Source of the DNA: Demequinaceae bacterium
GTDB lineage: Bacteria; Actinomycetota; Actinomycetes; Actinomycetales; Demequinaceae
NCBI GenBank assembly: GCA_965250005.1
Contig: OZ252279.1
Span: 1,890,001-1,922,000 of the forward strand
Length of the DNA: 32,000 bases
Reading direction: 5' to 3'
Shown here: positions 8,153 through 17,901 of the stretch, in pieces
How the letters are laid out: the number at the start of each line of letters is the position of its first letter
Numbering within the stretch: the stretch's first letter is position 1
Program-made: the position numbers and the translations under genes
Notes under the pieces: generated by a model
Database searches by the model: none
What the model saw: the letters and a program-made list of their open reading frames with translations, nothing else
What the model was told of the DNA's origin: nothing

Positions 8153-8991
8153 CAGCCCGTCACCTCGGAAACCGGATACACGATCTCGTAGACGGCAGGC
8201 TTTCGCGCGCCGACACGTACGGCGCCATGGCGCACCTCGCAGACTGCGACGAGTGCGGCAGCGAATGGGAGCAGCTTCGCAAGGAGCGCGCCGCACTCCA
8301 AACGTCCGGCACCGGCATCGACATGTCCTTTGCTCGTACACTGCTGGATCGCGACCGCATCGCAGAAATCGCGAAGGTTGAGCCCCGCCGCCACCAGAAA
8401 GTATCGAAGGGTCCTGGCATCAATGTCGCGTTGGTCGTGAGCGTCTCCGTCATCGCTGGGGGGCTTGGGCTCGGCGGCCTCTACATGTTGGGTGCGCCCA
8501 GTGAGGCCCGCCTCGACTTTGACGGCGCGTCTCCCGTCGCAGGTCAAAGTGTGCAGTACATGAACGCCCCGAGCATGCGCACCGGCGAGCACCTGAACTC
8601 GTGGCTACACCCGGAATGGCAATCCAGCGGTTTAGTTCCTATCGAGGCGATGCTGCTTCAGGCTGAAGACGGCTCGACGGTGCTCGTGGCGCGCATCCTC
8701 AGCGGACTCGAAACGGTGACGGTGACCGAGCAGCACGGACGGCTTCCCGTGGGCATTGGCGAGACCTTTGGGCCTGGCAGCACCGGGGACCTGGAGTCGT
8801 TCGTGGTGCGTGAGGAGCCCGCAAGGATTGTTTTCGAAGCCGGCGACACCGTGGTCACTCTTGGGTGCGAGTGCGCGCTTGAGGTGCTCGAAGATATTGC
8901 CGAAGAATTTCCCGATGGTGAGGATCCGAGTGTGATCGAGCGCATCGGTGACGGCTTCGACTCCATCACAAGCGCCATCGTTGGCGACTAG
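8149..8991 (+). CDS. Membrane-anchored zinc-binding (ZAS, zf-HC2) anti-sigma factor
   Basis: The GTG start overlaps the sigE stop (GTGA at 8149-8152) and GGAGGG lies 5 nt upstream. An H-x3-C-x2-C motif is present (AHLADCDEC). There is one TM segment (INVALVVSVSVIAGGLGLGGLYML), followed by ~165 aa predicted to be extracytoplasmic. Confidence 0.8.
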   Translation: MTARHLGNRIHDLVDGRLSRADTYGAMAHLADCDECGSEWEQLRKERAALQTSGTGIDMSFARTLLDRDRIAEIAKVEPRRHQKVSKGPGINVALVVSVSVIAGGLGLGGLYMLGAPSEARLDFDGASPVAGQSVQYMNAPSMRTGEHLNSWLHPEWQSSGLVPIEAMLLQAEDGSTVLVARILSGLETVTVTEQHGRLPVGIGETFGPGSTGDLESFVVREEPARIVFEAGDTVVTLGCECALEVLEDIAEEFPDGEDPSVIERIGDGFDSITSAIVGD

Positions 8992-9005
8992 AGGAGGACC
9001 CTTGC

Positions 9006-10277
9006 ATGGATGACAGTCTTTTTGCGCCCCCCGGCGACGGCAAGACCCCCGCTAGCGTGGTGCCAGCGAAGCAACCGGTCGCCGCCGTCGTGAGCGCGCC
9101 GGCCGCGCTCACGACGCCCGTCATCGTTCCGACTCTCGCAACCGACGGCGCCGGACGCAACGACCGCCAATCGCTGAGCGTAAGCCCCGGCTGGATTGCG
9201 CTGATCCTGAGCCTTGCCTTGGTGGTGGGCGCGCTCGGTGGGGTGGGCGCTTACCTAATCGCGGACAATGCCCGAACGTCCGTCGATCTCCCCGGCACCG
9301 TGAGCAGCACCGAGTTTGACCGTCCAGAGGGTTCCGTCGCAGCCGTTGCGGCGGCCGCCTTGCCCTCGGTGGTGGCGATCGACTCGACCAACGGCGGCGC
9401 CATCATTGCTTCGGGCTCCGGGTTCGTCATTCACGCCGACGGCTACATACTGACCAATCATCATGTGGTCGCATCCAGCGACGGCACAGTGCGCATCGTC
9501 TACGCGGACGGCGAAGTCGAGACCGGCACCGTGGTGGGCAGCACCGCCGACTACGATCTTGCCGTAGTTAAAGTCGACCGCGAGGGCCTGGTGCCGCTGG
9601 TCCTTGGAGACTCGAGCGCGCTCGTCGTAGGCGACCCGGTGATAGCGATCGGTTCGCCCCTTGGCCTCGACGCGACCGTGACAACGGGCATTGTGAGCTC
9701 CCTCCACCGGCCCGTAGGCGGTTCCGGCGGAGGCTCGTTCATCGACGCCATTCAGACGGACGCGGCGATCAACCCAGGTAACTCTGGCGGGCCGCTGGTG
9801 AACGCGGTCGGGGAAGTCATCGGCATCAACTCTGCCGTCGCCGCCCTTCCGGGGGCGACGCAGGCTTCGGGCGCCGGCTCGGTTGGTCTCGGCTTCGCGA
9901 TTCCGTCCAATCAGGCGCGACGCACTGCCGAAGAGATCATTGAGACCGGCGAGGCCACATACCCGGTGGTCGGCGTCCTCCTGGACGAGACGTACCTGGG
10001 CCAGGGCGTGCGCATCATCGAAGACGATCCCGCGGCAGGAGTCCGCGCCGTCGTCCCCGGCAGCCCCGCAGACCTTGCTGGCCTCCGGGCCGGCGACATC
10101 ATCATCTCGATCGATGGCCGGCCCGTGACGCGGCCATCGGAGCTGGTGGTGGCGATCCGCGCGCACGCACCGGGCGACGTGGTTGTTCTCGAAATCTCTG
10201 ACGACGGCACCGTCACGACGGTCTCTATCGAACTGACGGCCAACGTCAACATCGTCTTCGAAGACGGTTCCGAGTAG
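9006..10277 (+). CDS. htrA: HtrA/PepD-family trypsin-like serine protease with C-terminal PDZ domain
   Basis: Catalytic triad contexts are TNHHVV, DLAVVKV and GNSGGPL. The PDZ-like segment reads GSPADLAGLRAGDIIISIDGRPV. There is an N-terminal TM segment, and GAGGAGG lies ~8 nt upstream of the ATG. Confidence 0.92.
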   Translation: MDDSLFAPPGDGKTPASVVPAKQPVAAVVSAPAALTTPVIVPTLATDGAGRNDRQSLSVSPGWIALILSLALVVGALGGVGAYLIADNARTSVDLPGTVSSTEFDRPEGSVAAVAAAALPSVVAIDSTNGGAIIASGSGFVIHADGYILTNHHVVASSDGTVRIVYADGEVETGTVVGSTADYDLAVVKVDREGLVPLVLGDSSALVVGDPVIAIGSPLGLDATVTTGIVSSLHRPVGGSGGGSFIDAIQTDAAINPGNSGGPLVNAVGEVIGINSAVAALPGATQASGAGSVGLGFAIPSNQARRTAEEIIETGEATYPVVGVLLDETYLGQGVRIIEDDPAAGVRAVVPGSPADLAGLRAGDIIISIDGRPVTRPSELVVAIRAHAPGDVVVLEISDDGTVTTVSIELTANVNIVFEDGSE

Positions 10278-10320
10278 CTCCGGCTGGCGCGGCGGCGCCG
10301 TCGCGCGGCACAATTGAGTC

Positions 10321-10665
10321 ATGTTCGACATCAACGGCGCGGAGATCCTGGTGATCCTCGTGATCGCGCTTGTGATTGTTGGCCCGGAGCGCCTCCCCAA
10401 GTACGCTGCGCAATTCCGTGCCGTAGTGCGCAAGGCTCGGGATTTCACCCGCGACGCAGAGTCGTCGGTGCGCACCGAACTGGGCGATGCCGACCTCGCC
10501 TCGCTGGACCCCCGCCAGTACGACCCGCGCCGCATCGTCCGCGATGTTATGGCAGACGACCCTGCGCCTAGCGTGACGACACGACCCACAGGCCCGGCGA
10601 AGCGTACAAGCGCGACCGCTCGGAGTGCAAGCGCGCCTGCACCGTTCGACCCAGACGCCACCTAG
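10321..10665 (+). CDS. tatB: Twin-arginine translocase subunit TatB
   Basis: The N-terminus MFDINGAEILVILVIALVIVGPERLPKYAAQFR is a TatB-type TM plus amphipathic helix. Its position after htrA matches mycobacteria. Confidence 0.85.
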   Translation: MFDINGAEILVILVIALVIVGPERLPKYAAQFRAVVRKARDFTRDAESSVRTELGDADLASLDPRQYDPRRIVRDVMADDPAPSVTTRPTGPAKRTSATARSASAPAPFDPDAT

Positions 10666-10698
10666 GGGCCGGATCGCGGCGGCACGACCCAAACGTGA

Positions 10699-11739
<1,041 letters not shown>

Positions 11740-11773
11740 TGCGTTTTGGGCCGCGACCGCCTAACGTCGGAAT

Positions 11774-13138
11774 ATGCGAACAGCACGGTTTGCCACAGCG
11801 GCCACACTGACGGGCGTTCTGGCGCTGTCCGCATGTAGCGACCCATACGAAGATCCGTACCGCGAAGCCCAGCCGCCGCCGCCCGCTGCGGATGTGCTGG
11901 AATACATCAATCTGGCGGCGGTCGGTCTGCGCAGTTACGAATGCGACCTCTTTGAGGCGCCGCAGAGCCGCTGCTACGACGCCGCCCGGTGGGGGTCAAT
12001 CCGCGCGGGTCGTGAGACGCTCGCGCACGTGCATCGAGAGTTACTCGCCGCGGGGGCCTGGTACTTCGGAGGCTCCGAGCACACCCGGGCCGACGAGGCG
12101 CCCGAGGTGTCTGGCCTCAATCTAGGCTGCTATTTCGACTACGCGGCGCAGGACTACGCGCTCCGGGTCGCCGTTGTTGGTCCGTCTGGCGAAGGGCTGA
12201 GCTGCAAGAACGGCCTTCCCGCGGATGGGGTCAGCGAGGTGTGGGTCATCGCAGCGGAGTTTGACGCCGAAGAAATCTATGAACGCGTGGAGATTCCGCT
12301 GGGCTTCGAACTGCTGCTGCGGTCGCTGCCTCACCGGCCTACTCGCTCGAACGAGGTTTACGGCGGCCAGTCCGCCACGGCGACAGGGTACGAGGGACCC
12401 GAGTTGCCGGCGCTAGGAGACGGTGCTGGAGTGCACGTGCTTCCCGAGACGCTTTCCGTCCGGGACGGCGTTGTCCGTGGATTAGTGCAGTACCGTGGAG
12501 CAGCTCCCACGCTCTCGGTTCTGAACGAAGATGATGGACCTGAAGCGACCGCCGGGCCCGGCCAGATTGTGACGGTGCAGCGGGAGACGTCGGGCGCGTG
12601 GGGAATTGTTATTGGCGTGGCAAACGAGTCGACCACCATCCCTATCGTGGTGCGACCGGGGGAGTCGGCCCCCTTCGAGCTCCCGCTTCCTGAGGGCTTC
12701 ACGGCCGAGGACGTCCACGTCTTGACCGGTTGGCAGCATGTCGAAGAGGACTGGCGTGGGGCACTCTGGCTTGCCGGCCCGGAGGTCAACTCCGACTGCG
12801 GGGCGGGCCAGCAAATTGGCGGTGAGCCCGTGGAGGCCCTCATCCCCGCCACGGGTCAGGAGTGCCTAGAGGTGTTTTCTCAGGCCACGACCACGGTGGG
12901 CGACCGCATCATTGTGGACGGACTAGTCGCGATCTTCAACGAGGATGGCACCATCTACGACGTGCTTGAGCCGTATGTGATCCGCGAAGACGGCGGCCAA
13001 CCGGGACTGATTCGCTTGAACACCAACAGCCCGGACCTGCGATTCGCGTGGGTCTCGCCTGCGGGATTCGCGGATTCCGTAGGAATCTGGATGCGCTACG
13101 CAAAGTTGCGTGAGCTGGCAAACTCCCCAGCCGTGTAA
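11774..13138 (+). CDS. Hypothetical lipoprotein
   Basis: Signal peptide with lipobox: MRTARFATAATLTGVLALSAC-SD. Third-position GC is high throughout. I recognise no domain. Confidence 0.7.
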   Translation: MRTARFATAATLTGVLALSACSDPYEDPYREAQPPPPAADVLEYINLAAVGLRSYECDLFEAPQSRCYDAARWGSIRAGRETLAHVHRELLAAGAWYFGGSEHTRADEAPEVSGLNLGCYFDYAAQDYALRVAVVGPSGEGLSCKNGLPADGVSEVWVIAAEFDAEEIYERVEIPLGFELLLRSLPHRPTRSNEVYGGQSATATGYEGPELPALGDGAGVHVLPETLSVRDGVVRGLVQYRGAAPTLSVLNEDDGPEATAGPGQIVTVQRETSGAWGIVIGVANESTTIPIVVRPGESAPFELPLPEGFTAEDVHVLTGWQHVEEDWRGALWLAGPEVNSDCGAGQQIGGEPVEALIPATGQECLEVFSQATTTVGDRIIVDGLVAIFNEDGTIYDVLEPYVIREDGGQPGLIRLNTNSPDLRFAWVSPAGFADSVGIWMRYAKLRELANSPAV

Positions 13139-13162
13139 CTCTGCCCCCGACGGGCGCGCCGG

Positions 13163-13933
13163 CTAGATCTGTCCGGTAGTAAGCGCCTTCTTCACCTGAG
13201 AGATCGCCTCGGTGACTTGGATTCCGCGCGGGCACGCCTCGGTGCAGTTGAAGACCGTGCGGCATTTCCACACGCCCGCCTTGTCGTTGAGGATTTCGAG
13301 TCGCTCCCACTCGCCTTCGTCGCGCGAATCAAAGATGAAGCGATGGGCTCCCACGATCGCGGCGGGGCCAAAGAACTGGCCGTCGGTCCAGAACACCGGG
13401 CACGAGGACGTGCACGCGGCGCAAAGGATGCACTTGGTCGTGTCGTCGTACTTTGCGCGGTCCTCGGGGGACTGCAGGCGCTCGCGCGCAGGCTGGTCCC
13501 CGCTCGGCATCAGGAACGGCATGATCTCACGGTAGGACGCAAAGAATGGCTCCATGTCAACCGTCAGATCTTTGACAATGGGAAGGCCAAGGATGGGCTC
13601 GACGGTGATCGGCTGGTTGAGATTGAGGTCCTTGAGCAGCACCTTGCAGGCCAGCCGGTTCTTGCCGTTGATGCGCATCGCGTCAGAGCCGCAAACGCCG
13701 TGCGCACAGGAGCGGCGGAACGTGAGCGAGCCGTCCTGCTCCCACTTGATCTTGTGTAGCGCGTCAAGCACGCGATCGGTTGAGAACATTTCTAGGGCGA
13801 AGTGCTCCCAGTATTCTTCGCCGGGCGCGCGGCTGTTGTTGCCGTCGGGGTCCATGCGGCGGACCTTGAGTTCGACCTGAAATGTTTGCGGAACGTCCGT
13901 GGTTCCGGGCGTCGCGGTGTCGGTGGCAGTCAT
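13163..13933 (-). CDS. sdhB: Succinate dehydrogenase iron-sulfur subunit
   Basis: Three Cys clusters are present: CAHGVCGSDAMRING, CILCAACTSSCP and CRTVFNCTEACP. GGAGAG lies upstream of the ATG. Confidence 0.95.
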   Translation of the reverse strand: MTATDTATPGTTDVPQTFQVELKVRRMDPDGNNSRAPGEEYWEHFALEMFSTDRVLDALHKIKWEQDGSLTFRRSCAHGVCGSDAMRINGKNRLACKVLLKDLNLNQPITVEPILGLPIVKDLTVDMEPFFASYREIMPFLMPSGDQPARERLQSPEDRAKYDDTTKCILCAACTSSCPVFWTDGQFFGPAAIVGAHRFIFDSRDEGEWERLEILNDKAGVWKCRTVFNCTEACPRGIQVTEAISQVKKALTTGQI

Positions 13934-13950
13934 CGGCTCTCCGTGCGTTC

Positions 13951-15738
13951 CTAGTACTTGCGTTCCATGGGCTGATACTTGGTGACCGTCACCGGCTTGT
14001 AGTCGAGCTTCACGCCCTTGGCGCTCACGTACGCCATGGTGTGGCGCATGAACTTCTGGTCATCGCGGGTGGGGAAATCCTCGCGGTAGTGGCCGCCGCG
14101 GCTTTCCGTACGCGCGAGGGCGCCAGCGATGATCACCTCGGACAGGTCGATGAGGAAGCCCAACTCGATCGCCTCCAGCAGGTCCGTGTTATAGCGGGCA
14201 CCCTGGTCGTGGATCGCGACCTTCGAGAACCGCTCGCGAACAACCGCAACCGCGGCCTGGGCTTCATGGAGGCTGTCATCAGTGCGAAACACCTGGACGT
14301 TGCGGTCCATGGTTTCCTGCAGTGCCTTGCGCACGTCAGCGACGCGCTCGGTTTCTGCACCCTCTTTGTGGCGAGTGTTGACCGACTCCAGCAGCGCGTC
14401 GACCGTCTTGAACACGGCCGCTGCCGCATCGTCCCTGAGCGGAAGGGTCGCTGCCTTGGCGTCCAGCGCGTAGTCCGCGGCAGCGATGCCTGCCCGGCGC
14501 CCGAAGACGTTGATGTCTAGTAGCGAGTTGGTGCCGAGGCGGTTTGCGCCGTGGACGGAGACGCAGGCGCACTCGCCTGCTGCGAACAGACCACCAATGA
14601 TGTCCGTGTTGTTGCGCAGCACCTCGCCGTTCACGTTGGTCGGGATGCCGCCCATGGCGTAGTGAGCAGTGGGGTACACGGGCACGGGCTCGGTATAGGG
14701 CTCGACGCCCAGGTACGTGCGCGCGAACTCGGTGATGTCGGGCAGCTTCGCGTCGATGTGCGCCGGCTCAAGGTGAGTGAGGTCCAGATGTACGTAGTCC
14801 TTGTGCGGGCCACATCCGCGGCCTTCGCGCACCTCGTTGGACATGGCACGCGCGACCATGTCGCGCGGCGCGAGGTCCTTGATGGTGGGCGCGTAGCGCT
14901 CCATGAAGCGCTCGCCCTCGGAGTTGCGCAGGATGGCACCCTCGCCACGTGCGGCCTCGCTCAAGAGAATCCCGAGGCCGGCGAGGCCCGTCGGGTGGAA
15001 CTGAAAGAACTCCATGTCCTCGAGAGGAATCCCGGCTCTCAGCGCAATCGCCATGCCGTCGCCGGTGAGCGTGTGGGCGTTCGACGTGGTCTTGTAGACC
15101 TTGCCTGCGCCGCCCGTGGCGAAGATGACAGATTTGGCGGCGAACTCGTGGATCTCTCCGGTCGCGAGCTCGTACGCGACCACGCCGGTGACGGCGACGG
15201 CAGAACCCTTGCGGGTGGCCTGCGGGTCCTTGTCGAGGATGAGGTCAAGGACGTAGAACTCGTTGTAGAACTCAACCTTCTGTTTGACGCACTGTTGGTA
15301 GAGCGTCTGCAGGATCATGTGACCGGTGCGGTCCGCGGCGTAGCAGCTGCGGCGGACAGCCGCCTCTCCGTGCCCACGGGTGTGGCCGCCAAAGCGACGT
15401 TGATCAATCTTGCCGTCGGGCGTGCGGTTGAATGGCAGGCCCATCTTCTCGAGGTCGAGAACGGCGTCCACGGCCTCTTTGCACATAATCTCGGCAGCGT
15501 CCTGGTCGACCAGGTAGTCGCCGCCCTTGACGGTGTCGAAGGTGTGCCACTCGGCGTTGTCGTCCTCTACGTTGGCGAGGGCGGCACCCATGCCACCCTG
15601 GGCCGCTCCTGTGTGCGAGCGGGTGGGGTAGAGCTTGGTCAGCACAGCGGTCTTGGCCCGCGGCGATGACTCGAGGGCGGCGCGCATTCCGGCACCGCCA
15701 GCGCCCACGATGACAACGTCGTATTCGTGCTTGGCCAT
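13951..15738 (-). CDS. sdhA: Succinate dehydrogenase flavoprotein subunit
   Basis: Start is taken at MAKHEYDVVIVGAGGAGMRAA (ATG at 15738, GAGGAG upstream) rather than the ORF-track start at 15876. The covalent-FAD His context is RSHTGAAQGG, with typical SdhA/FrdA sequence throughout. Confidence 0.95.
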   Translation of the reverse strand: MAKHEYDVVIVGAGGAGMRAALESSPRAKTAVLTKLYPTRSHTGAAQGGMGAALANVEDDNAEWHTFDTVKGGDYLVDQDAAEIMCKEAVDAVLDLEKMGLPFNRTPDGKIDQRRFGGHTRGHGEAAVRRSCYAADRTGHMILQTLYQQCVKQKVEFYNEFYVLDLILDKDPQATRKGSAVAVTGVVAYELATGEIHEFAAKSVIFATGGAGKVYKTTSNAHTLTGDGMAIALRAGIPLEDMEFFQFHPTGLAGLGILLSEAARGEGAILRNSEGERFMERYAPTIKDLAPRDMVARAMSNEVREGRGCGPHKDYVHLDLTHLEPAHIDAKLPDITEFARTYLGVEPYTEPVPVYPTAHYAMGGIPTNVNGEVLRNNTDIIGGLFAAGECACVSVHGANRLGTNSLLDINVFGRRAGIAAADYALDAKAATLPLRDDAAAAVFKTVDALLESVNTRHKEGAETERVADVRKALQETMDRNVQVFRTDDSLHEAQAAVAVVRERFSKVAIHDQGARYNTDLLEAIELGFLIDLSEVIIAGALARTESRGGHYREDFPTRDDQKFMRHTMAYVSAKGVKLDYKPVTVTKYQPMERKY

Positions 15739-15760
15739 GAGTCTCCTCGTTGAATCCGGG

Positions 15761-16213
15761 CTAGTCAGTAATGGTGTGGCAGAAGCTGGGCAGGCTTTCG
15801 GTCTCGCCGCCAGCGGGGCACGGGTCGAACGTGAAGATGACGAGCGTGCCAAGGACGACGGTGATGGTGAAGCCAACGCCGAGTGCCGCCTTGAGAAGTT
15901 TGTTGGTCCACGCCCGGCGGGCGTAGTCGTTGACCAGAACGCGCATGCCGTTGGTGCCGTGAATCATCGCTAGCCACAGCATCACGACGTCCCACCACTG
16001 CCAGACAGGGCTTGCCCACTTGCCCGCGACGAACGCGAAGTCGATCGCGTTGACGCCGTCGCCCCACCACAGGTTGAAGAAGAGGTGGGTGAAGATCAGC
16101 GTTACCAGGATGACGCCGCTGATCCTCATGAACAGCCAGGCCCACTTCTCGAAGTTCGAGTGGGATGGCTGCGCGCGGCGAAAGCGGGGCGGGACCCGCG
16201 TGGGGGCGTTCAC
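15761..16213 (-). CDS. sdhD: Succinate dehydrogenase hydrophobic membrane anchor subunit
   Basis: Three hydrophobic helices are present (WAWLFMRISGVILVTLIFTHLF..., WWDVVMLWLAMIHGTNG, LGVGFTITVVLGTLVIF). The likely GTG start at 16213 overlaps the sdhC stop by 1 nt. The upstream part of the ORF-track ORF lies inside sdhC. Confidence 0.8.
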   Translation of the reverse strand: MNAPTRVPPRFRRAQPSHSNFEKWAWLFMRISGVILVTLIFTHLFFNLWWGDGVNAIDFAFVAGKWASPVWQWWDVVMLWLAMIHGTNGMRVLVNDYARRAWTNKLLKAALGVGFTITVVLGTLVIFTFDPCPAGGETESLPSFCHTITD

Positions 16214-16620
16214 TATTCGGCCCCAAACACGTGGCCGAGGTGGCGTGGCAGGAAGCCAGCCATCAGGATGACCCAGATGGCCCACACGGTGATGCTCAGC
16301 ACAGCCTGCTTGCGTGCGGCCCACAGCCAGGAGTCGATGGCCACGATGCGTAGCCCGTTGAACGCGTGAAAGATGATCGCAGCGACAAGGCCAGCCTCGA
16401 TTACGCCCATGATTGGGGTCTTGTAGGTGGCGATGATTTCGTTGTAGGCCTCGGGGGAGACCCGCACGAGCGCGGTGTCAGTGATGTGGACCAGGAGGAA
16501 GAAGAAGATCGCCACGCCGGTGGCGCGGTGGGCAAGCCACATCCACATGCCAGGCTGCCCTCGATAGAGGGTGTGCGTGGCTGACACTCTGACTCCCTGC
16601 ATAGGCGTTACATCGGTCAT
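16213..16620 (-). CDS. sdhC: Succinate dehydrogenase cytochrome b subunit
   Basis: It is the first gene of the sdhCDAB order. Three TM helices are present, with His-containing segments (AHRATGVAIFFFLLVHITD, AAIIFHAFNGLR). Confidence 0.85.
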   Translation of the reverse strand: MTDVTPMQGVRVSATHTLYRGQPGMWMWLAHRATGVAIFFFLLVHITDTALVRVSPEAYNEIIATYKTPIMGVIEAGLVAAIIFHAFNGLRIVAIDSWLWAARKQAVLSITVWAIWVILMAGFLPRHLGHVFGAE

Positions 16621-16640
16621 TACATCCTAGTCTTGTGTGC

Positions 16641-17732
16641 ATGACGTCCCTCACAAGCGCACCAGGCCACATCGACGGCTTCGTCGCCGTAGTTCCGGCA
16701 GGCGGAGTAGGCAGCAGGCTGTGGCCATTGTCCCGGCCCGACCGGCCCAAATTCCTGCTCGACCTGCTTGGCACCGGCAGCAGTCTCATCCAGGACACGG
16801 AAGCGCGGCTAGTGCCGTTGGCTGAGCGCGTGATCGTGGTGACCGGCGAGTCGCACGTCGACGCCGTCCGCGAGCAACTCTCGGATGTCGAGGCCGAAGA
16901 CGTTCTCGCCGAACCCAGCCCCCGCGACTCCATGGCCGCGATCGCCTTGGCAGCTGCGGTCATCCAGCATCGGCACGGCTCGCGCGTCATGGGCTCGTTC
17001 GCCGCAGATCATGTGATTCGCAAACCCGCGGCTTTCGCAGCGGCAGTCAGGCTCGCAGCGCAGGCCGCCAAGGACGGCGGCATCGTGCTTATTGGCATCG
17101 AGCCGACTGAACCGTCCACCGCATTTGGCTACATGCGAGCTGAGGGCGAGCGGGCGGACCACGCTGGCGTGCTGGCCGTCGCGGCATTCACGGAGAAGCC
17201 CGACCAAGTGACAGCGACGCAGATGCTCGAGCAGGGCGACTTCTTCTGGAACGCGGGCATGTACGTGGTGCGAACGGACGTGCTGCTTGGACATGTGGAG
17301 CGGCTCATGCCGGAAATGCACGCCGGAGTGACGGAGCTCGCCGCCGCATGGGACGGGACCGAGCGGGGCGCGGCGCTTGAGCGCATCTGGGGCGGCCTCA
17401 CCAAAATCGCCATCGATCACGCGATTGCTGAGCCTGTCGCGGCCGAGGGTGGCGTGAGCGTTGTGCCCGCTTCGCTCGATTGGCACGACGTGGGTGACTT
17501 CGCTGCGTTGGCCGATCTCGTCGAGCCGGGAGGCGACGGGGTTGTCCGCATATCCCGCGATGCGTCTGTGACGCTGGTAGACGCCACAGACGCCCTGGTG
17601 GTTGGCGGGACCAAGCCGGTGGCGGTAGTCGGATTGGACAATGTTGCCGTTGTCGAGACGCCGGATGCGATCCTGATTCTCGGCCTTGATGCCGCCCAGC
17701 GAGTCAAGGCTGTCGCCGACGTTTTAGGTTGA
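16641..17732 (+). CDS. Mannose-1-phosphate guanylyltransferase-like nucleotidyltransferase
   Basis: The N-terminal NTP-transferase motif is VVPAGGVGSRLWPLSRPDRPKFL, and the ~360 aa length is ManC-like. The ATG at 16641 is preferred over the GTG at 16635. Confidence 0.75.
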   Translation: MTSLTSAPGHIDGFVAVVPAGGVGSRLWPLSRPDRPKFLLDLLGTGSSLIQDTEARLVPLAERVIVVTGESHVDAVREQLSDVEAEDVLAEPSPRDSMAAIALAAAVIQHRHGSRVMGSFAADHVIRKPAAFAAAVRLAAQAAKDGGIVLIGIEPTEPSTAFGYMRAEGERADHAGVLAVAAFTEKPDQVTATQMLEQGDFFWNAGMYVVRTDVLLGHVERLMPEMHAGVTELAAAWDGTERGAALERIWGGLTKIAIDHAIAEPVAAEGGVSVVPASLDWHDVGDFAALADLVEPGGDGVVRISRDASVTLVDATDALVVGGTKPVAVVGLDNVAVVETPDAILILGLDAAQRVKAVADVLG

Positions 17733-17825
17733 CGCGACTGTCGGCCGCAGATTTCGGGCGCACGGCGTTGGCCAAATCGTTATCTGCCAGCTGTCATTCG
17801 TTCCACATTTTCCACCGCACGCGCA

Positions 17826-17837
17826 ACGTCCGGACGT
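17826..17837. promoter_or_regulatory. Perfect 12-bp palindrome ACGTCCGGACGT upstream of the nucleoside-transporter operon (candidate operator)
   Basis: The palindrome was read directly. It abuts and overlaps by 1 nt a TANNNT-type hexamer, TAGCAT, at 17837-17842. It lies 65 nt upstream of the start codon at 17902. Confidence 0.2.
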
Positions 17838-17901
17838 AGCATGGAGATACGCATAGGCCTGGCGTTAAACAGGCACGATACAACTGAATGAGGAAACTCA
17901 A

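Noticed and set aside
14551-15669. 372-aa plus-strand ORF antisense to sdhA, and 212-aa ORF 13882-14520
   Set aside because: These are shadow ORFs opposite a highly conserved sdhA. The sequence is Val/Arg/Gly/Asp-rich and non-protein-like.
15739-15876. N-terminal extensions suggested by the ORF track for sdhA (to 15876), sdhD (to 16324), add (from 25732) and the C39-like ORF (from 24668)
   Set aside because: The extensions overlap the preceding genes and are Pro/Arg/Ser-rich. Internal starts give canonical N-termini (MAKHEYDVVIVGAGG; MTVTD..HEHLDGG), with an SD upstream for sdhA and start/stop coupling for sdhD and add.
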